A stretch of 64,000 nucleotides of DNA from NCBI GenBank assembly GCA_947175335.1, contig CAMWMF010000002.1, positions 47,969-111,968 of the forward strand, in the 5' to 3' direction. The DNA is from an uncultured Clostridia bacterium (GTDB lineage: Bacteria > Bacillota > Clostridia > Christensenellales > Pumilibacteraceae). Positions 10,905 to 22,702 of the stretch are shown here, piece after piece; positions within the stretch are counted from its first letter, which is position 1; each line of letters starts with the position of its first letter. Made by a program: the position numbers and the translations under genes. Below the pieces are notes generated by a model, which ran no database searches, was not told where the DNA came from, and was given only the letters and a program-made list of their open reading frames with translations.

Positions 10905-10989
10905 GCGGGGGTGGCGAAATTGGCAGACGCGCAGGTCTCAGAAGCCTGTGGGTAACTCCGTACGAGTTCAAGTCTCGTCCTCCGCACCA
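10905..10989 (+). tRNA. tRNA-Leu(CAG)
   Basis: Acceptor stem GCGGGGG/CCTCCGC, discriminator A and encoded CCA. Anticodon arm CAGGT-CTCAGAA-GCCTG, long variable arm, T-loop GTTCAAG. Confidence 0.95.
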
Positions 10990-11142
10990 AAGCGGCGCTG
11001 TCGCGCCTAATAGAATAAATAAGAGATAAGAAATAATAGATAATAAAGCTGTGGTAAGGCTTTACACGCCGCTTTGTACTATTAAATCTTATCTCTTATT
11101 TTTTATTTATTATTTAATTCTTAATTCTTAATTCTTAATTAT

Positions 11143-11778
11143 CTAAACTTCTTCAAACAAATCCTTTCCTACGCCGCATATCGGACACATGTAGTCGTCG
11201 GGAACCTCGTCGCCCTCGTACACGTAGCCGCATATTGTGCAACGGTACTTTTTGCCGCCCTGCGGTTTTTCGGTCTGTTCTTCCGCAACGTATGTGGGTG
11301 CGGTCCTGGGCGCACCGCCCTTGATTACCTTGTGGTAGTAGTCGTAGGTCATAGGCGTTTTGCTGCCAAAGCTGTCCGCCGCGACAAGCTTACCCAAAAA
11401 CACGGTGTGCGTGTCCGTTTCCATTGTATCTATCACGTCGCACACTATATAGCCGCAGCTGTCGTTAAGCACGGGCAGGCGCGACTGTACCGAGTAGTCA
11501 ACGCCGTCGAACTTATCCACTTCCCTACTCGACTTGAAGCCGAACGTGCCGATAAGCTTGGGGTCGGAGCTTTCGGCAAGCACCGATATTGCAAACTTTT
11601 TAATATCCTTTATGCACGCGTTGGTAAAGTTGTCGCGGTTTATGCTCACCGCAAACGTGGCGGGCTCGGCGGTCACTTGCATTATGCTGTTGGCTACGCA
11701 GCCGACGGGGCGACCCTCCGACCAAGTTGTTACGATATACACGCCGTACGACAGCTTTGTTATAATGTTGTTGTTCAT
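11143..11778 (-). CDS. Flavin reductase-rubredoxin fusion (high-molecular-weight rubredoxin)
   Basis: Flavin reductase-like N-domain ([10 protein letters not shown]...GTHTVF-like DTHTVF) and C-terminal rubredoxin CTICGYVY...CPICGV. Likely start is MNNNII at 11778, not the track's 11913. Confidence 0.9.
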   Translation of the reverse strand: MNNNIITKLSYGVYIVTTWSEGRPVGCVANSIMQVTAEPATFAVSINRDNFTNACIKDIKKFAISVLAESSDPKLIGTFGFKSSREVDKFDGVDYSVQSRLPVLNDSCGYIVCDVIDTMETDTHTVFLGKLVAADSFGSKTPMTYDYYHKVIKGGAPRTAPTYVAEEQTEKPQGGKKYRCTICGYVYEGDEVPDDYMCPICGVGKDLFEEV

Positions 11779-11935
11779 AACGATTTTCCTTTTTTCTTTA
11801 TTCGAGGAGTATTTTTGCCCGCTTGCGGGAGCAAAAATGCGACGACGACAAATTAGGTTAATACCCGCTGCTTGCAGCGGAAGTGCGCATAGCGCACTGA
11901 CCAGTGCTTGCACTGGAGTATAATACCTAATTTAT

Positions 11936-11964
11936 ATTATATATATTGTGTGTCAATTTGTAAA
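11936..11964 (-). promoter_or_regulatory. Promoter for the flavin reductase-rubredoxin gene (TTTACA-17-TATAAT)
   Basis: Read on the minus strand; implies a leader of about 150 nt. Confidence 0.6.
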
Positions 11965-11984
11965 GTCATATCACCATGTTTTCA

Positions 11985-12013
11985 TTGACTTTTTAGGCAT
12001 AATCGTGTACAAT
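11985..12013 (+). promoter_or_regulatory. sigma70 promoter (TTGACT-17-TACAAT) for activase gene
   Basis: Near-consensus boxes 40 nt upstream of ATG 12054. Confidence 0.7.
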
Positions 12014-12053
12014 TATATGCGTAAAAATTTTGTATTTTGTAGGGTTATAGACA

Positions 12054-15000
12054 ATGTATCGCATAGGATTGGACATAGGTTCTACCACAATAAAAACGGC
12101 CGTGCTTGACGAGGACGGAACGCTCGTTCGCTCCAACTACCAACGGCATAATTCGGACGTTCGCGCCACTATGTACGGCGAGCTGAAAGAGCTGTTAAAG
12201 CTGTACGACGAATTTACCATTACGGTAACCGGCTCGGGCGGTATTTCGGTGTCGGAATGGCTAGGCATACCGTTTGTGCAGGAAGTTATTGCGGGCGTGG
12301 AAGCAATCAAACGGCTCATACCCGAAACGGACGTTGCAATCGAGCTTGGCGGCGAGGACGCAAAAATAACGTACCTCGGCGATAACCTGGACCAGCGCAT
12401 GAACGGCACCTGCGCGGGCGGAACGGGCGCGTTTATCGACCAAATGGCGGTGCTATTGAACACCGACGCGTCGGGACTGAACGAGCTTGCCAAGTCGGCA
12501 ACCATTATCTACCCTATCGCGTCGCGGTGCGGCGTTTTTGCCAAGTCGGATATTCAACCGCTCATCAACGACGGCGCGCAAAAGTCGGACATTGCCGCTT
12601 CGGTGTTCCAGTCTGTTGTCAATCAGACCATATCGGGCTTAGCTTGCGGCAAGCCGATACGCGGTAACGTGGCGTTCCTCGGAGGTCCGCTCCACTTTTT
12701 GAGCGAGCTGGGCGCGCGGTTCGTAGCAACAATCCACCCGACCAAGGCGATATTCCCCGAAAACTCTCAGGTATTTAACGCTATCGGCGCGGCGTACAAG
12801 TCGGACAAGGTTTTCACCGCCGCCGAGCTTTCCAAAAAACTCGAACAGGTAAAGGACATAGCGGAAAGCGAGGTCACCCGCCTCGACCCGCTGTTTAAGG
12901 ACAAGCAGGAGCTTACCGATTTCCGCTTGCGGCACAGCAAGGTGTCCATTCCGTTTGCCGACGTCAAAAACCACAAGGGCCCGACCTTTCTCGGCATAGA
13001 CGCGGGATCCACCACAACCAAGGTCGCGCTTATCGACTCCGACGGCGGGCTGTTATATTCTTGGTACGGCTCCAACTCGGGCGACCCGCTGGCGTCCGTC
13101 ACCGAAATAATCAAGCAAATTTACGACATACTCCCCGAGGACGCGTATATAGGCTACGGCACTATTACCGGCTACGGCGAAAGCCTGATAAAGACGGCGC
13201 TCAACCTCGACAACGGCGAAATAGAAACAATGGCGCACCTTACCGCCTCGCAAACCATTCTACCGGGCGTGGACTTTTTGCTGGACATCGGCGGTCAGGA
13301 CATGAAGTGCCTGCGCATAAAGGACGGCGTTATAACCGACATACTGCTAAACGAGGCTTGCTCGTCGGGCTGCGGCAGCTTTATAGAAACGTTTGCCCGC
13401 GCAATCGGAATGAACGCCGAACGCTTCGCCAAAGTGGGCTTGGACTCCGCGGCACCCGTCGATCTCGGCTCGCGCTGCACTGTGTTTATGAACTCGCGCG
13501 TAAAGCAGGCGCAAAAGGAAGGCGCGTCCGTAGCGGATATTTCCGCAGGCCTCGCCTATTCGGTAGTCAAAAACGCGCTGTTCAAGGTTATCAAGCTGCG
13601 CGACGCCGCCGAAATGGGCGAAAAAATCATCGTTCAGGGCGGTACCTTCCTCAACGAATCGGTGCTGCGCGCGTTCGAGCTGGTGTCGGGGCGCGAAGTA
13701 ATCCGTCCCAACCAAGCGGGACTTATGGGCGCTTACGGGGCGGCGCTTATCAGCCGCAACAACTACACCGGCGGCAAAAGCACTATCAAGACCAAAGCGG
13801 AGCTTGAAAAATTCCGCGTTATCAAATCGTCGCGGCGTTGCGAAAAATGCGGCAATCACTGTCTGCTCACCGTTTCCGAATTCGACGACGGCAGGACTTT
13901 CATATCCAACAACCGCTGCGAGCGCGGCGGCAACGCGCCCGAAAAGACTGTGGAAAAGCTGCCCAATCTTTTTGACGAAAAGTACAAGCGCTTATTTGCG
14001 TACTACCGCCCCCTGCCCGAGGACAAAGCGCCGCGCGGCGTGGTCGGTATTCCGCGCGTGCTTAACATTTACGAAAACTATCCGTTCTGGTTCACGTTCT
14101 TTACCGAGCTCGGATATTCCGTCAAACTGTCCCCTCGCTCCTCGCGCGACGTGTATTCGCGCGGCATAGAAACTATGCCGTCCGAATCGGTGTGCTATCC
14201 CGCAAAGATAGCACACGGGCATATTCAATCGCTTATCGACGCGGGCGTAAAATTCATATTCTACCCCTGCCTTCCGTACGAGCGCAAAGAGGACGAACAT
14301 GCGGACAACCACTACAACTGCCCCGTCGTCGGCTCATACCCCGAAGTTATTCGGCTGAATATGCGCGACGAGTTCAAGGCGAACGACGTGCAGTTTGCCG
14401 CGCCATTCCTGCCGATTGCCACGCCATCGCGCATGACGGCTCGACTAAAACAGGAATTCCCGAATATTTCGGGACGGCTTATTGCCCGCGCGGTCAAAAA
14501 GGCGTACATAGAGCAAACCGAATTCAACGACTGGTCACGGCGGCGCGGCGAGGAAATAGTTAAGCTCCTCGACGAGAACGGCGGGCATGGCATAGTGCTT
14601 GCGGGTCGCCCGTATCACCTCGATCCCGAAATAAACCACGGCGTGCCGCAGATGATAAACTCCTACGGCTTTGCCGTACTCACCGAGGACTGTGTGGCAC
14701 ACCTGCACAAAGCGCCCCGCCCGCTGCGCGTGGTAGACCAGTGGACTTACCACTCGCGACTGTACAGCGCGGCAAACTTTGTGCGCACGCGCAACAATAT
14801 CGACCTTGTTCAGCTCAACTCGTTCGGGTGCGGACTGGACGCCGTTACCACCGACCAGGTTCAAGAACTATTGGAAGCGGCTAACAAGGTTTATACCCTA
14901 CTCAAAATAGACGAGGTGTCCAACCTCGGCGCGGCGCGTATACGCATACGCTCGCTTATGGCGGTCATCAAGGACAGGCAGGTCAAGGCTATCCAAGCCC

Positions 15001-16322
15001 AAACCCCGCCGCCGCAAACGGAGCGCGTGCAGTTTACCAAAACAATGCGCGAAAACTATACAATTCTCGCGCCGCAGATTTCGCCCTACCATCTCAACCT
15101 CGTACAGCCCGCAATGCGCGCATGCGGCTACAACGTGGAAGTGCTGCCCGACGAAAAAGCGTCGGTCGCAACCGGACTGAAATACGTAAATAACGACGCG
15201 TGCTACCCTACAATTATAGTCGTGGGGCAAATTATGAGCGCGCTGCTTTCCGGCAAGTACGACCTTAACCGCACCGCAGTCATAATGACGCAAACGGGCG
15301 GAGGCTGCCGCGCGACCAACTACATAGCGCTTATACGCCGCGCACTGAAAAGCGCGGGCATGCCGCAAATCCCCGTCGTGTCGCTTTCGGCGCAGGGCTT
15401 GGAAAAGAACCCCGGATTCAAAATCGGGCTTAAAGAGCTTATTCCGCTTGTCAACGCGCTTATATACGGCGACCTGCTTATGCGCTGTCTGTATCGCGTG
15501 CGCCCGTATGAACAAAACAGCGGCGAAACGTGGAATACGTACCAAAAATGGGACAAACTGTTGCAGGACGAATTTACGCTCGGCAACGTTCCCACCAAAA
15601 AGTACTGTAAGCAAATAGTAGACGAATTTAACGCGATTCCTACGCGCGATATAGTCAAGCCGCGCGTCGGCATAGTCGGCGAGATTTTGGTCAAGTTCCA
15701 TCCCCTCGCCAACAATTACGCCGTCGACCTTGTGGAACGCGAGGGCGGCGAAGCAGTTTGCCCCGACCTGCTCGACTTCTTTATGTACTCGTCGTACGAT
15801 TCGACGGTAAAACACGACCTTTTGGACGGCAAGTATTCGAGCAAGTTTATATCCAATATCGCAATCGCCTTCCTCGAACATATGCGCAAGCCGATGATAG
15901 ACGCGCTTCGCGGCACCAAGTTCGGCACGCCCACGCATATAAAGAAGCTTGCGGCAAGCGCAAAAACGGTCACCTCGCTCGGCACTATGGTGGGCGAAGG
16001 GTGGTTCCTTACCGCGGAAATGTTGGAGCTTATCCATGAGGGCGCGCCCAACATAATCTGCATGCAACCGTTTGCATGTCTACCCAACCACGTTACCGGC
16101 AAGGGCGTTATGAAAGAGCTTAAACGGCTGTACCCGCAAGCGAATATCGTAGCTGTCGACTACGACCCCGGCGCCAGCGAGGTCAACCAAGTAAACCGCA
16201 TCAAGCTTATGATGTCCGTCGCGCACGAAAACGCGAACAAAACAAATAACGGCGACAACGCCGACACAGACGAAACACCGATGAAGGAAGCTGCCGCCAT
16301 GAGCGACGACGATAACGATTAA
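12054..16322 (+). CDS. 2-hydroxyacyl-CoA dehydratase activase-related protein (two BadF/BcrAD ATPase domains + DUF2229-like + HgdC-like)
   Basis: Two GxDxGSTTxK motifs and two Cys-containing activase motifs ([18 protein letters not shown]). The 1422 aa length is typical of this fusion. Confidence 0.88.
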   Translation: MYRIGLDIGSTTIKTAVLDEDGTLVRSNYQRHNSDVRATMYGELKELLKLYDEFTITVTGSGGISVSEWLGIPFVQEVIAGVEAIKRLIPETDVAIELGGEDAKITYLGDNLDQRMNGTCAGGTGAFIDQMAVLLNTDASGLNELAKSATIIYPIASRCGVFAKSDIQPLINDGAQKSDIAASVFQSVVNQTISGLACGKPIRGNVAFLGGPLHFLSELGARFVATIHPTKAIFPENSQVFNAIGAAYKSDKVFTAAELSKKLEQVKDIAESEVTRLDPLFKDKQELTDFRLRHSKVSIPFADVKNHKGPTFLGIDAGSTTTKVALIDSDGGLLYSWYGSNSGDPLASVTEIIKQIYDILPEDAYIGYGTITGYGESLIKTALNLDNGEIETMAHLTASQTILPGVDFLLDIGGQDMKCLRIKDGVITDILLNEACSSGCGSFIETFARAIGMNAERFAKVGLDSAAPVDLGSRCTVFMNSRVKQAQKEGASVADISAGLAYSVVKNALFKVIKLRDAAEMGEKIIVQGGTFLNESVLRAFELVSGREVIRPNQAGLMGAYGAALISRNNYTGGKSTIKTKAELEKFRVIKSSRRCEKCGNHCLLTVSEFDDGRTFISNNRCERGGNAPEKTVEKLPNLFDEKYKRLFAYYRPLPEDKAPRGVVGIPRVLNIYENYPFWFTFFTELGYSVKLSPRSSRDVYSRGIETMPSESVCYPAKIAHGHIQSLIDAGVKFIFYPCLPYERKEDEHADNHYNCPVVGSYPEVIRLNMRDEFKANDVQFAAPFLPIATPSRMTARLKQEFPNISGRLIARAVKKAYIEQTEFNDWSRRRGEEIVKLLDENGGHGIVLAGRPYHLDPEINHGVPQMINSYGFAVLTEDCVAHLHKAPRPLRVVDQWTYHSRLYSAANFVRTRNNIDLVQLNSFGCGLDAVTTDQVQELLEAANKVYTLLKIDEVSNLGAARIRIRSLMAVIKDRQVKAIQAQTPPPQTERVQFTKTMRENYTILAPQISPYHLNLVQPAMRACGYNVEVLPDEKASVATGLKYVNNDACYPTIIVVGQIMSALLSGKYDLNRTAVIMTQTGGGCRATNYIALIRRALKSAGMPQIPVVSLSAQGLEKNPGFKIGLKELIPLVNALIYGDLLMRCLYRVRPYEQNSGETWNTYQKWDKLLQDEFTLGNVPTKKYCKQIVDEFNAIPTRDIVKPRVGIVGEILVKFHPLANNYAVDLVEREGGEAVCPDLLDFFMYSSYDSTVKHDLLDGKYSSKFISNIAIAFLEHMRKPMIDALRGTKFGTPTHIKKLAASAKTVTSLGTMVGEGWFLTAEMLELIHEGAPNIICMQPFACLPNHVTGKGVMKELKRLYPQANIVAVDYDPGASEVNQVNRIKLMMSVAHENANKTNNGDNADTDETPMKEAAAMSDDDND

Positions 16323-16346
16323 AACAACTAACTGTTCCCATAGTAA

Positions 16347-17636
<1,290 letters not shown>

Positions 17637-17637
17637 T

Positions 17638-19377
17638 ATGAAAAAGAAAAGCATGCTCGCGCGGTTTGCACGGTACTACAAACCGCACAAAACGTTGTTT
17701 ATAATAGATATGATATGCGCGTTTACCATATCGGCGTTCAACCTTGTGTATCCGTATATCACCAAGGAAATAATAAACAACTACGTACCCAATAAGCTAA
17801 TGACCATGCTGCTCGGCGCGGCAGGGTTTTTGCTGGGCTTTTATATAATCAAGGCGGGGCTCAATTACTTTTTGCATTGCTGGGGTCACATTGTAGGCGT
17901 ACGCATACAATCGGATATGCGGCGCGAGCTGTTTATACACCTCGAAAAGCTGCCCTTCACCTACTTTGACGACAACAAGACGGGCGTAATTATGAGCCGC
18001 ATGACCAACGACCTGTTTCAAGTGTCCGAGCTTGCTCACCACGGCCCCGAGGACGTATTTTTATCATTAATAACGCTCGTGGGCGCGTTTATAATGCTCG
18101 CTATAATGAACGTATACCTCGCGCTTATCGTGTTTGCATTTATACCGTTCTTTGCGCTGTTCATAATTCTCATCCGCAAAAATATGAAAAAGGTGTACAA
18201 AGAGACGCGTGAAGCGCAAGGCGAGGTAAACGCCGATATCGAAAGCGCAATCTCCGGCATGCGCGTATCCCGCGCGTACACCGCAAGCGAGCATGAGCTA
18301 TCTAAATTCGACAAGGGCAACGACCGTTTTGTGCAAAGCCGTTACAAGCAGTTCAAGCTGCTCGGCAAGTTCCACTCGACAATGACCTTCTTTATGGACT
18401 TTTTGTACTTTGCCGTGCTGCTGGCGGGCGGACTGTTCTTTTACTACGGAATAATCGACGTGGGCGACTTTACGGCGTTTGTGCTATACATATCCACGCT
18501 TATCACGCCTATACGCACGCTCGTCACTATTTACGACCAAATCCAAGAGGGCGCGAGCGGCTTCAAGCGGTTTTGCGATATTATGGACGAGCCGACCGAA
18601 GCCGAAAGCGACAACGCGCTTTGCCCCGAAAAACTTAACGGCGATATAGAATTTAGTAACGTAACGTTCGGCTATACCGAGGGCGACGACGCCGCCAAAG
18701 TCATAAAAGACTTTTCGCTCAAAATACCCGCGGGTAAAACCGTCGCGCTTGTCGGCCCGTCGGGTGGCGGCAAGACAACGCTGTGCCACCTTATCCCCCG
18801 CTTTTACGAGATCGACAGCGGCTCGATAACGGTTGACGGCTATGACGTAAAGGAGCTGTCGCGCAACTGCTTACGCAAAAGCATAGGCATTGTACAGCAA
18901 GACGTGTTTCTGTTCAACGGCACGGTCAAGGAGAATATAGCATACGGCGACTTTACCGCAAGCGACGATATGATTGTAGAAGCGGCAAAGCGCGCCAATA
19001 TTCACGACTACATTATGAGCCTAGAGGGCGGCTACGACACCGAGGTCGGCGAGCGCGGCGTCAAGCTTTCGGGCGGACAAAAGCAACGCATATCCATTGC
19101 GCGCGCCTTCCTTAAAAACCCGCCTATACTAATTCTTGACGAAGCGACGTCGGCGCTTGACAACGCCACCGAAATGCTTATTCAATCGGCGTTGGAGGAG
19201 CTGCAAGGCGGCAGAACGACGCTCGTCGTCGCCCACCGCCTGTCTACAATAAAGAACGCCGACGAGATTATAGTAATAACCTCTAACGGCGTGGAAGAGC
19301 GCGGCAATCACGCTCAACTTATCGCCAAAAACGGCATATACAAAGAGCTATACGACTACCAGTTTAAAAATTTGTAA
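17638..19377 (+). CDS. ABC exporter, fused permease/ATP-binding protein
   Basis: TM domain plus Walker A GPSGGGKT, signature LSGGQKQR, Walker B LILDEAT. Confidence 0.95.
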   Translation: MKKKSMLARFARYYKPHKTLFIIDMICAFTISAFNLVYPYITKEIINNYVPNKLMTMLLGAAGFLLGFYIIKAGLNYFLHCWGHIVGVRIQSDMRRELFIHLEKLPFTYFDDNKTGVIMSRMTNDLFQVSELAHHGPEDVFLSLITLVGAFIMLAIMNVYLALIVFAFIPFFALFIILIRKNMKKVYKETREAQGEVNADIESAISGMRVSRAYTASEHELSKFDKGNDRFVQSRYKQFKLLGKFHSTMTFFMDFLYFAVLLAGGLFFYYGIIDVGDFTAFVLYISTLITPIRTLVTIYDQIQEGASGFKRFCDIMDEPTEAESDNALCPEKLNGDIEFSNVTFGYTEGDDAAKVIKDFSLKIPAGKTVALVGPSGGGKTTLCHLIPRFYEIDSGSITVDGYDVKELSRNCLRKSIGIVQQDVFLFNGTVKENIAYGDFTASDDMIVEAAKRANIHDYIMSLEGGYDTEVGERGVKLSGGQKQRISIARAFLKNPPILILDEATSALDNATEMLIQSALEELQGGRTTLVVAHRLSTIKNADEIIVITSNGVEERGNHAQLIAKNGIYKELYDYQFKNL

Positions 19378-19391
19378 TAGATTAGAAAAAC

Positions 19392-19428
19392 AAAAGCACC
19401 GCGGCAATTACGCTACGGTGCTTTTTTG
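19392..19428. terminator. Bidirectional intrinsic terminator
   Basis: AAAAGCACCG...CGGTGCTTTT between convergent genes. Confidence 0.8.
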
Positions 19429-19433
19429 TTCGT

Positions 19434-20513
19434 TCAATTATTTGCAGGTGCGTGCGACATACGCAGCAATGCGGCGCGAAAGAAGTCGGTGCAATAATGT
19501 CGCAGCGCAACTATCAATACGGTACCACACGCCAGCACTGCGGTGATTTCGTACGCCAAGTATTCGTAAAAATTTTGTCCTCTGACTATGCCGTCGTTTG
19601 TTATGTCCAAAACGCTTGGCATTATAAGCAGCATTCCGCAAAACATAAGCGCACCAAAGCTGTATGCCAAAACGTTTTGGGTATGGCGCTTATTTGTTAT
19701 TGCGACCAACAGCGCGATAACAACGGACAAAAACAGTCCTGCCGAAAAAATCAAAATACCTATATCGTAATAGAATTCGACTGTATGTATTATAAGCGGA
19801 TACAGGCAAAGTCCGAACATTACCGTTGCAATCGCCAAACATATGTACAGTTTGCGCTGTGCGGGCTTATCTACTTCGCCGCGAAACTCGCCCACTTTAT
19901 ATACTCGCCTTACGATAAGCTGCATAAACTCGTTTACCGCAATCAGCGCGACGGGCGCGCACAAGCAAAAGCTTCCGTACTTTACAAAGCCGAGATATGA
20001 CTCGGCAAAATAGCAAGAGAACAATACGCCCACACCTACACCTATACCGTAGGACAAAAACCGCGCACTAAGACTTTGCCCTCTTTTTAATTGTGCAACG
20101 GTCATAACAATGCCGACGATAATCAACGCCATTGTTATTCCTTCCGTCAAAACCGATAACCCGCCGTCAAAGTGGTCTTGCGATACAATAAATGCGGAAA
20201 TGATCGCGGCGTAAACAAACAGCAAAACCGAAACAACAAAAGAGCAAACCCGCGCCGCTTGCGGCATTGTGCTACTCGATGTTTTTGCGGAAACCTCTTC
20301 CGCCGAGTTATCCTCTACGCCGTCCGCATAAAAATAATCCTTGCTTACAGAAAAGTATTCGGCAATTCTATCGAGCGACTGCCGACAAGGCACGCCCAAG
20401 CCGTTTTCCCACTTGGCAACGGCACTGCGGCTTACGTACAAAACGGCGGCTAATTCCGATTGCGAAATGCCGTTGTCGATGCGTAGTTTTTTCAGTTTTT
20501 CGCCTAATTGCAT
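19434..20513 (-). CDS. XRE-family HTH fused to multi-pass membrane domain
   Basis: N-terminal LKKLR...SQSELAAVLYVSRSAVAKWENG followed by about 8 hydrophobic segments. Confidence 0.85.
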   Translation of the reverse strand: MQLGEKLKKLRIDNGISQSELAAVLYVSRSAVAKWENGLGVPCRQSLDRIAEYFSVSKDYFYADGVEDNSAEEVSAKTSSSTMPQAARVCSFVVSVLLFVYAAIISAFIVSQDHFDGGLSVLTEGITMALIIVGIVMTVAQLKRGQSLSARFLSYGIGVGVGVLFSCYFAESYLGFVKYGSFCLCAPVALIAVNEFMQLIVRRVYKVGEFRGEVDKPAQRKLYICLAIATVMFGLCLYPLIIHTVEFYYDIGILIFSAGLFLSVVIALLVAITNKRHTQNVLAYSFGALMFCGMLLIMPSVLDITNDGIVRGQNFYEYLAYEITAVLACGTVLIVALRHYCTDFFRAALLRMSHAPANN

Positions 20514-20622
20514 AAACTCACCTCAATCGGTTGTTACGTACATTTTATCACAACACATATGTTTTTGCAATATTCTACCCCGTTACTTTTTCTGTCAAAT
20601 CCGTTACTTTTTATCATGCAAC

Positions 20623-20657
20623 AAAAAACGCACTGCCTTTACGGACAGTGCACTTTT
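20623..20657 (-). terminator. Intrinsic terminator after the pyrG-like/membrane protein genes
   Basis: GCACTGTC-CGTAAA-GGCAGTGC stem followed by a U-run on the minus strand. Confidence 0.65.
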
Positions 20658-20665
20658 ATTTATTT

Positions 20666-21067
20666 TTAATTTTTGGGTGTTCCCCATCTCGTCCAGATTG
20701 CCGTATCGTTGAAATTGGCAAAAACCAACAGCACTACTATAAGTACGACGGCAAGGCTACATGATATTATAAGGTACACATTTATACCCAAATAAATATA
20801 AACGAGCGCCGTTGCCAAGATTGCGATAAAGTCCGCGATAGCCGCAACCGCACACCAAAGCACCCTACGCGCAATCGTGCTATGCTCGCATAATACCGAA
20901 ATCACAAAATACCTTGCAAGCTTCATGTCGTAAAACTTGATTGGCTTTATTTGTAAAAGGCTTCTTTGCTGCACTTTTGCATTGCAATAATAATTAGCCT
21001 TTGCACACAAAATTCGGAAAACGACAAGCGCGATTATCGGAACTATCAAAACTACTGATTTGTCCAC
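20666..21067 (-). CDS. Small hypothetical membrane protein (133 aa)
   Basis: Co-oriented 17 bp after pyrG; has 2-3 hydrophobic segments. Confidence 0.65.
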   Translation of the reverse strand: MDKSVVLIVPIIALVVFRILCAKANYYCNAKVQQRSLLQIKPIKFYDMKLARYFVISVLCEHSTIARRVLWCAVAAIADFIAILATALVYIYLGINVYLIISCSLAVVLIVVLLVFANFNDTAIWTRWGTPKN

Positions 21068-21084
21068 CGTTATACCCCTACCGA

Positions 21085-22659
21085 TTAATCGTTTTGCAAG
21101 CTGATGACCTTGATAAATTCTGCAAACAGCGGGTGCGTGGTGAGCAGTCTCGATTTATATTCGGGGTGGAAAATCGCGCCGATATAAAACTTATTCGTAG
21201 GTATCTCGAACGCTTCGGGAACGCCCGTCGGCGAGTGTGCCGAAAAGATTAATCCGTTTCTTAGGAAAAGCTGTTCATGCGTGCTTGAAAAATCAAACCT
21301 GTGGCGGTGACGCTCGGCTGCCATCGGCGCGCCGTATATCTTGCTCAAATACGTACCAGGCGTTATCGTTGTGGGGAAAGTGCCTTTTTTGAGCATGGGC
21401 GGCTCTACGCTCGCCACAACACTGTACGGCGTGTCGGGCGTAAACTCCTGCGAGTCGGCGCCCGTCATCGAGCAAACATTCCTTGCAAACTCGATTATGC
21501 CCGCCTGCGCGCCCAGCCCTATCATAAGGCAAGGAATGTCATTCTCGCGCGCGTACTTTGCCGCCGCTATCTTGCCGTCAAACCCACGCACGCCGAACCC
21601 GGGGGCTATCACTATTCCGTCGTAGCCGTCAAGCACATTCGGGTTGTTTTGCACGTCCGCACTGTAAACGAGCGTAATATCCACCGCTTCGTCCCTAAGC
21701 AGTCCCGCCGTGGTAATGGCGTCGGTTATGGACTGATACGCCGTAGCTTTTTCGACGTACTTACCCACTACCGCTACCTTGATGCGGCTTTCCGCTTTCC
21801 TAACTTCCTGCGCCTTGTTGCACATATCGGTCCATGCTTCGAGCTGCGGCTCGCGCTCATCCAATTTCAGCTTTCTCAAAGCTACGCCCTCAAAGCCCTG
21901 TTCGTGCAATTTTAGCGGTACTTGATAAATATTGTCGGTGGTAACGCTTTCTATTATGCCGCTCTTGTCGACGTTGCAAAACTGAGAAATCTTTTTCTTT
22001 GCGCCGTCGTCAAGCGGCAAGTCGCTGCGGCACACAATAATGTCGGGCTGAATGCCTATGTTTTGCAATTCCTTTACCGAGTTTTGCGTCGGCTTGGTTT
22101 TATGCTCGCCGCTCATTTCTATAATAGGCACGTATGTAATGTGAATATACACAGCGTTGCCCTTGCCCAATTCGCCGCGGCATTGACGTATGGCTTCCAA
22201 GTACGGATGGTTTTCTATATCGCCTACTACGCCGCCTATCTCGCACACAACAACGTCCGTTTCGGGACGGTTAAGGGTGTACAGCGTGCGCTTTATCTCG
22301 TCGGTAATGTGCGGCACGACCTGTACGGACTCGCCGTCGTACGCGCCCTCGCGCTCCTTGCGTATTACTGCGGAATAAATCTTGCCGCTGGTGATATTGC
22401 TGTTTTCGGTAAGGTTTTGATCCAAAAACCGCTCGTAGTGACCGAGCACCAAATCGCCCTCGCCGCCGTCGTCGGTTACAAACACTTCGCCATGCTGGTA
22501 CGGACTTAAATACAGCGAGTCCACGTTGAAGTACGGATCGAACTTGATAATATCGACCGAATAGCCCTGTGCCTTGATGAGCATTGCTATGCTCGCCGCC
22601 GTTATTCCCTTACCTAAGCCCGACACTACTCCGCCGGTAACAAAAATATATTTAGACAT
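21085..22659 (-). CDS. pyrG: CTP synthase, divergent; glutaminase nucleophile Cys replaced by Gly
   Basis: TGGVVSGLGKG, SPYQHGEVFVTDDG, KTKPTQ, RHRHR and FHPE are present. The canonical GICLGMQ reads MIGLGAQ. Confidence 0.92.
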   Translation of the reverse strand: MSKYIFVTGGVVSGLGKGITAASIAMLIKAQGYSVDIIKFDPYFNVDSLYLSPYQHGEVFVTDDGGEGDLVLGHYERFLDQNLTENSNITSGKIYSAVIRKEREGAYDGESVQVVPHITDEIKRTLYTLNRPETDVVVCEIGGVVGDIENHPYLEAIRQCRGELGKGNAVYIHITYVPIIEMSGEHKTKPTQNSVKELQNIGIQPDIIVCRSDLPLDDGAKKKISQFCNVDKSGIIESVTTDNIYQVPLKLHEQGFEGVALRKLKLDEREPQLEAWTDMCNKAQEVRKAESRIKVAVVGKYVEKATAYQSITDAITTAGLLRDEAVDITLVYSADVQNNPNVLDGYDGIVIAPGFGVRGFDGKIAAAKYARENDIPCLMIGLGAQAGIIEFARNVCSMTGADSQEFTPDTPYSVVASVEPPMLKKGTFPTTITPGTYLSKIYGAPMAAERHRHRFDFSSTHEQLFLRNGLIFSAHSPTGVPEAFEIPTNKFYIGAIFHPEYKSRLLTTHPLFAEFIKVISLQND

Positions 22660-22702
22660 AATCTGTAAGCTTAACGCTTGTCCTCCTATATGCTTAATCT
22701 AA

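Noticed and set aside
10905-11200. tRNA-Leu as integration site of a genomic island
   Set aside because: No integrase nearby and no duplicated tRNA 3' end seen in the window.
11779-11913. N-terminal extension of the flavin reductase ORF to 11913
   Set aside because: The extension runs through the hairpin leader; MNNNII at 11778 has an upstream purine-rich RBS and matches the domain start.
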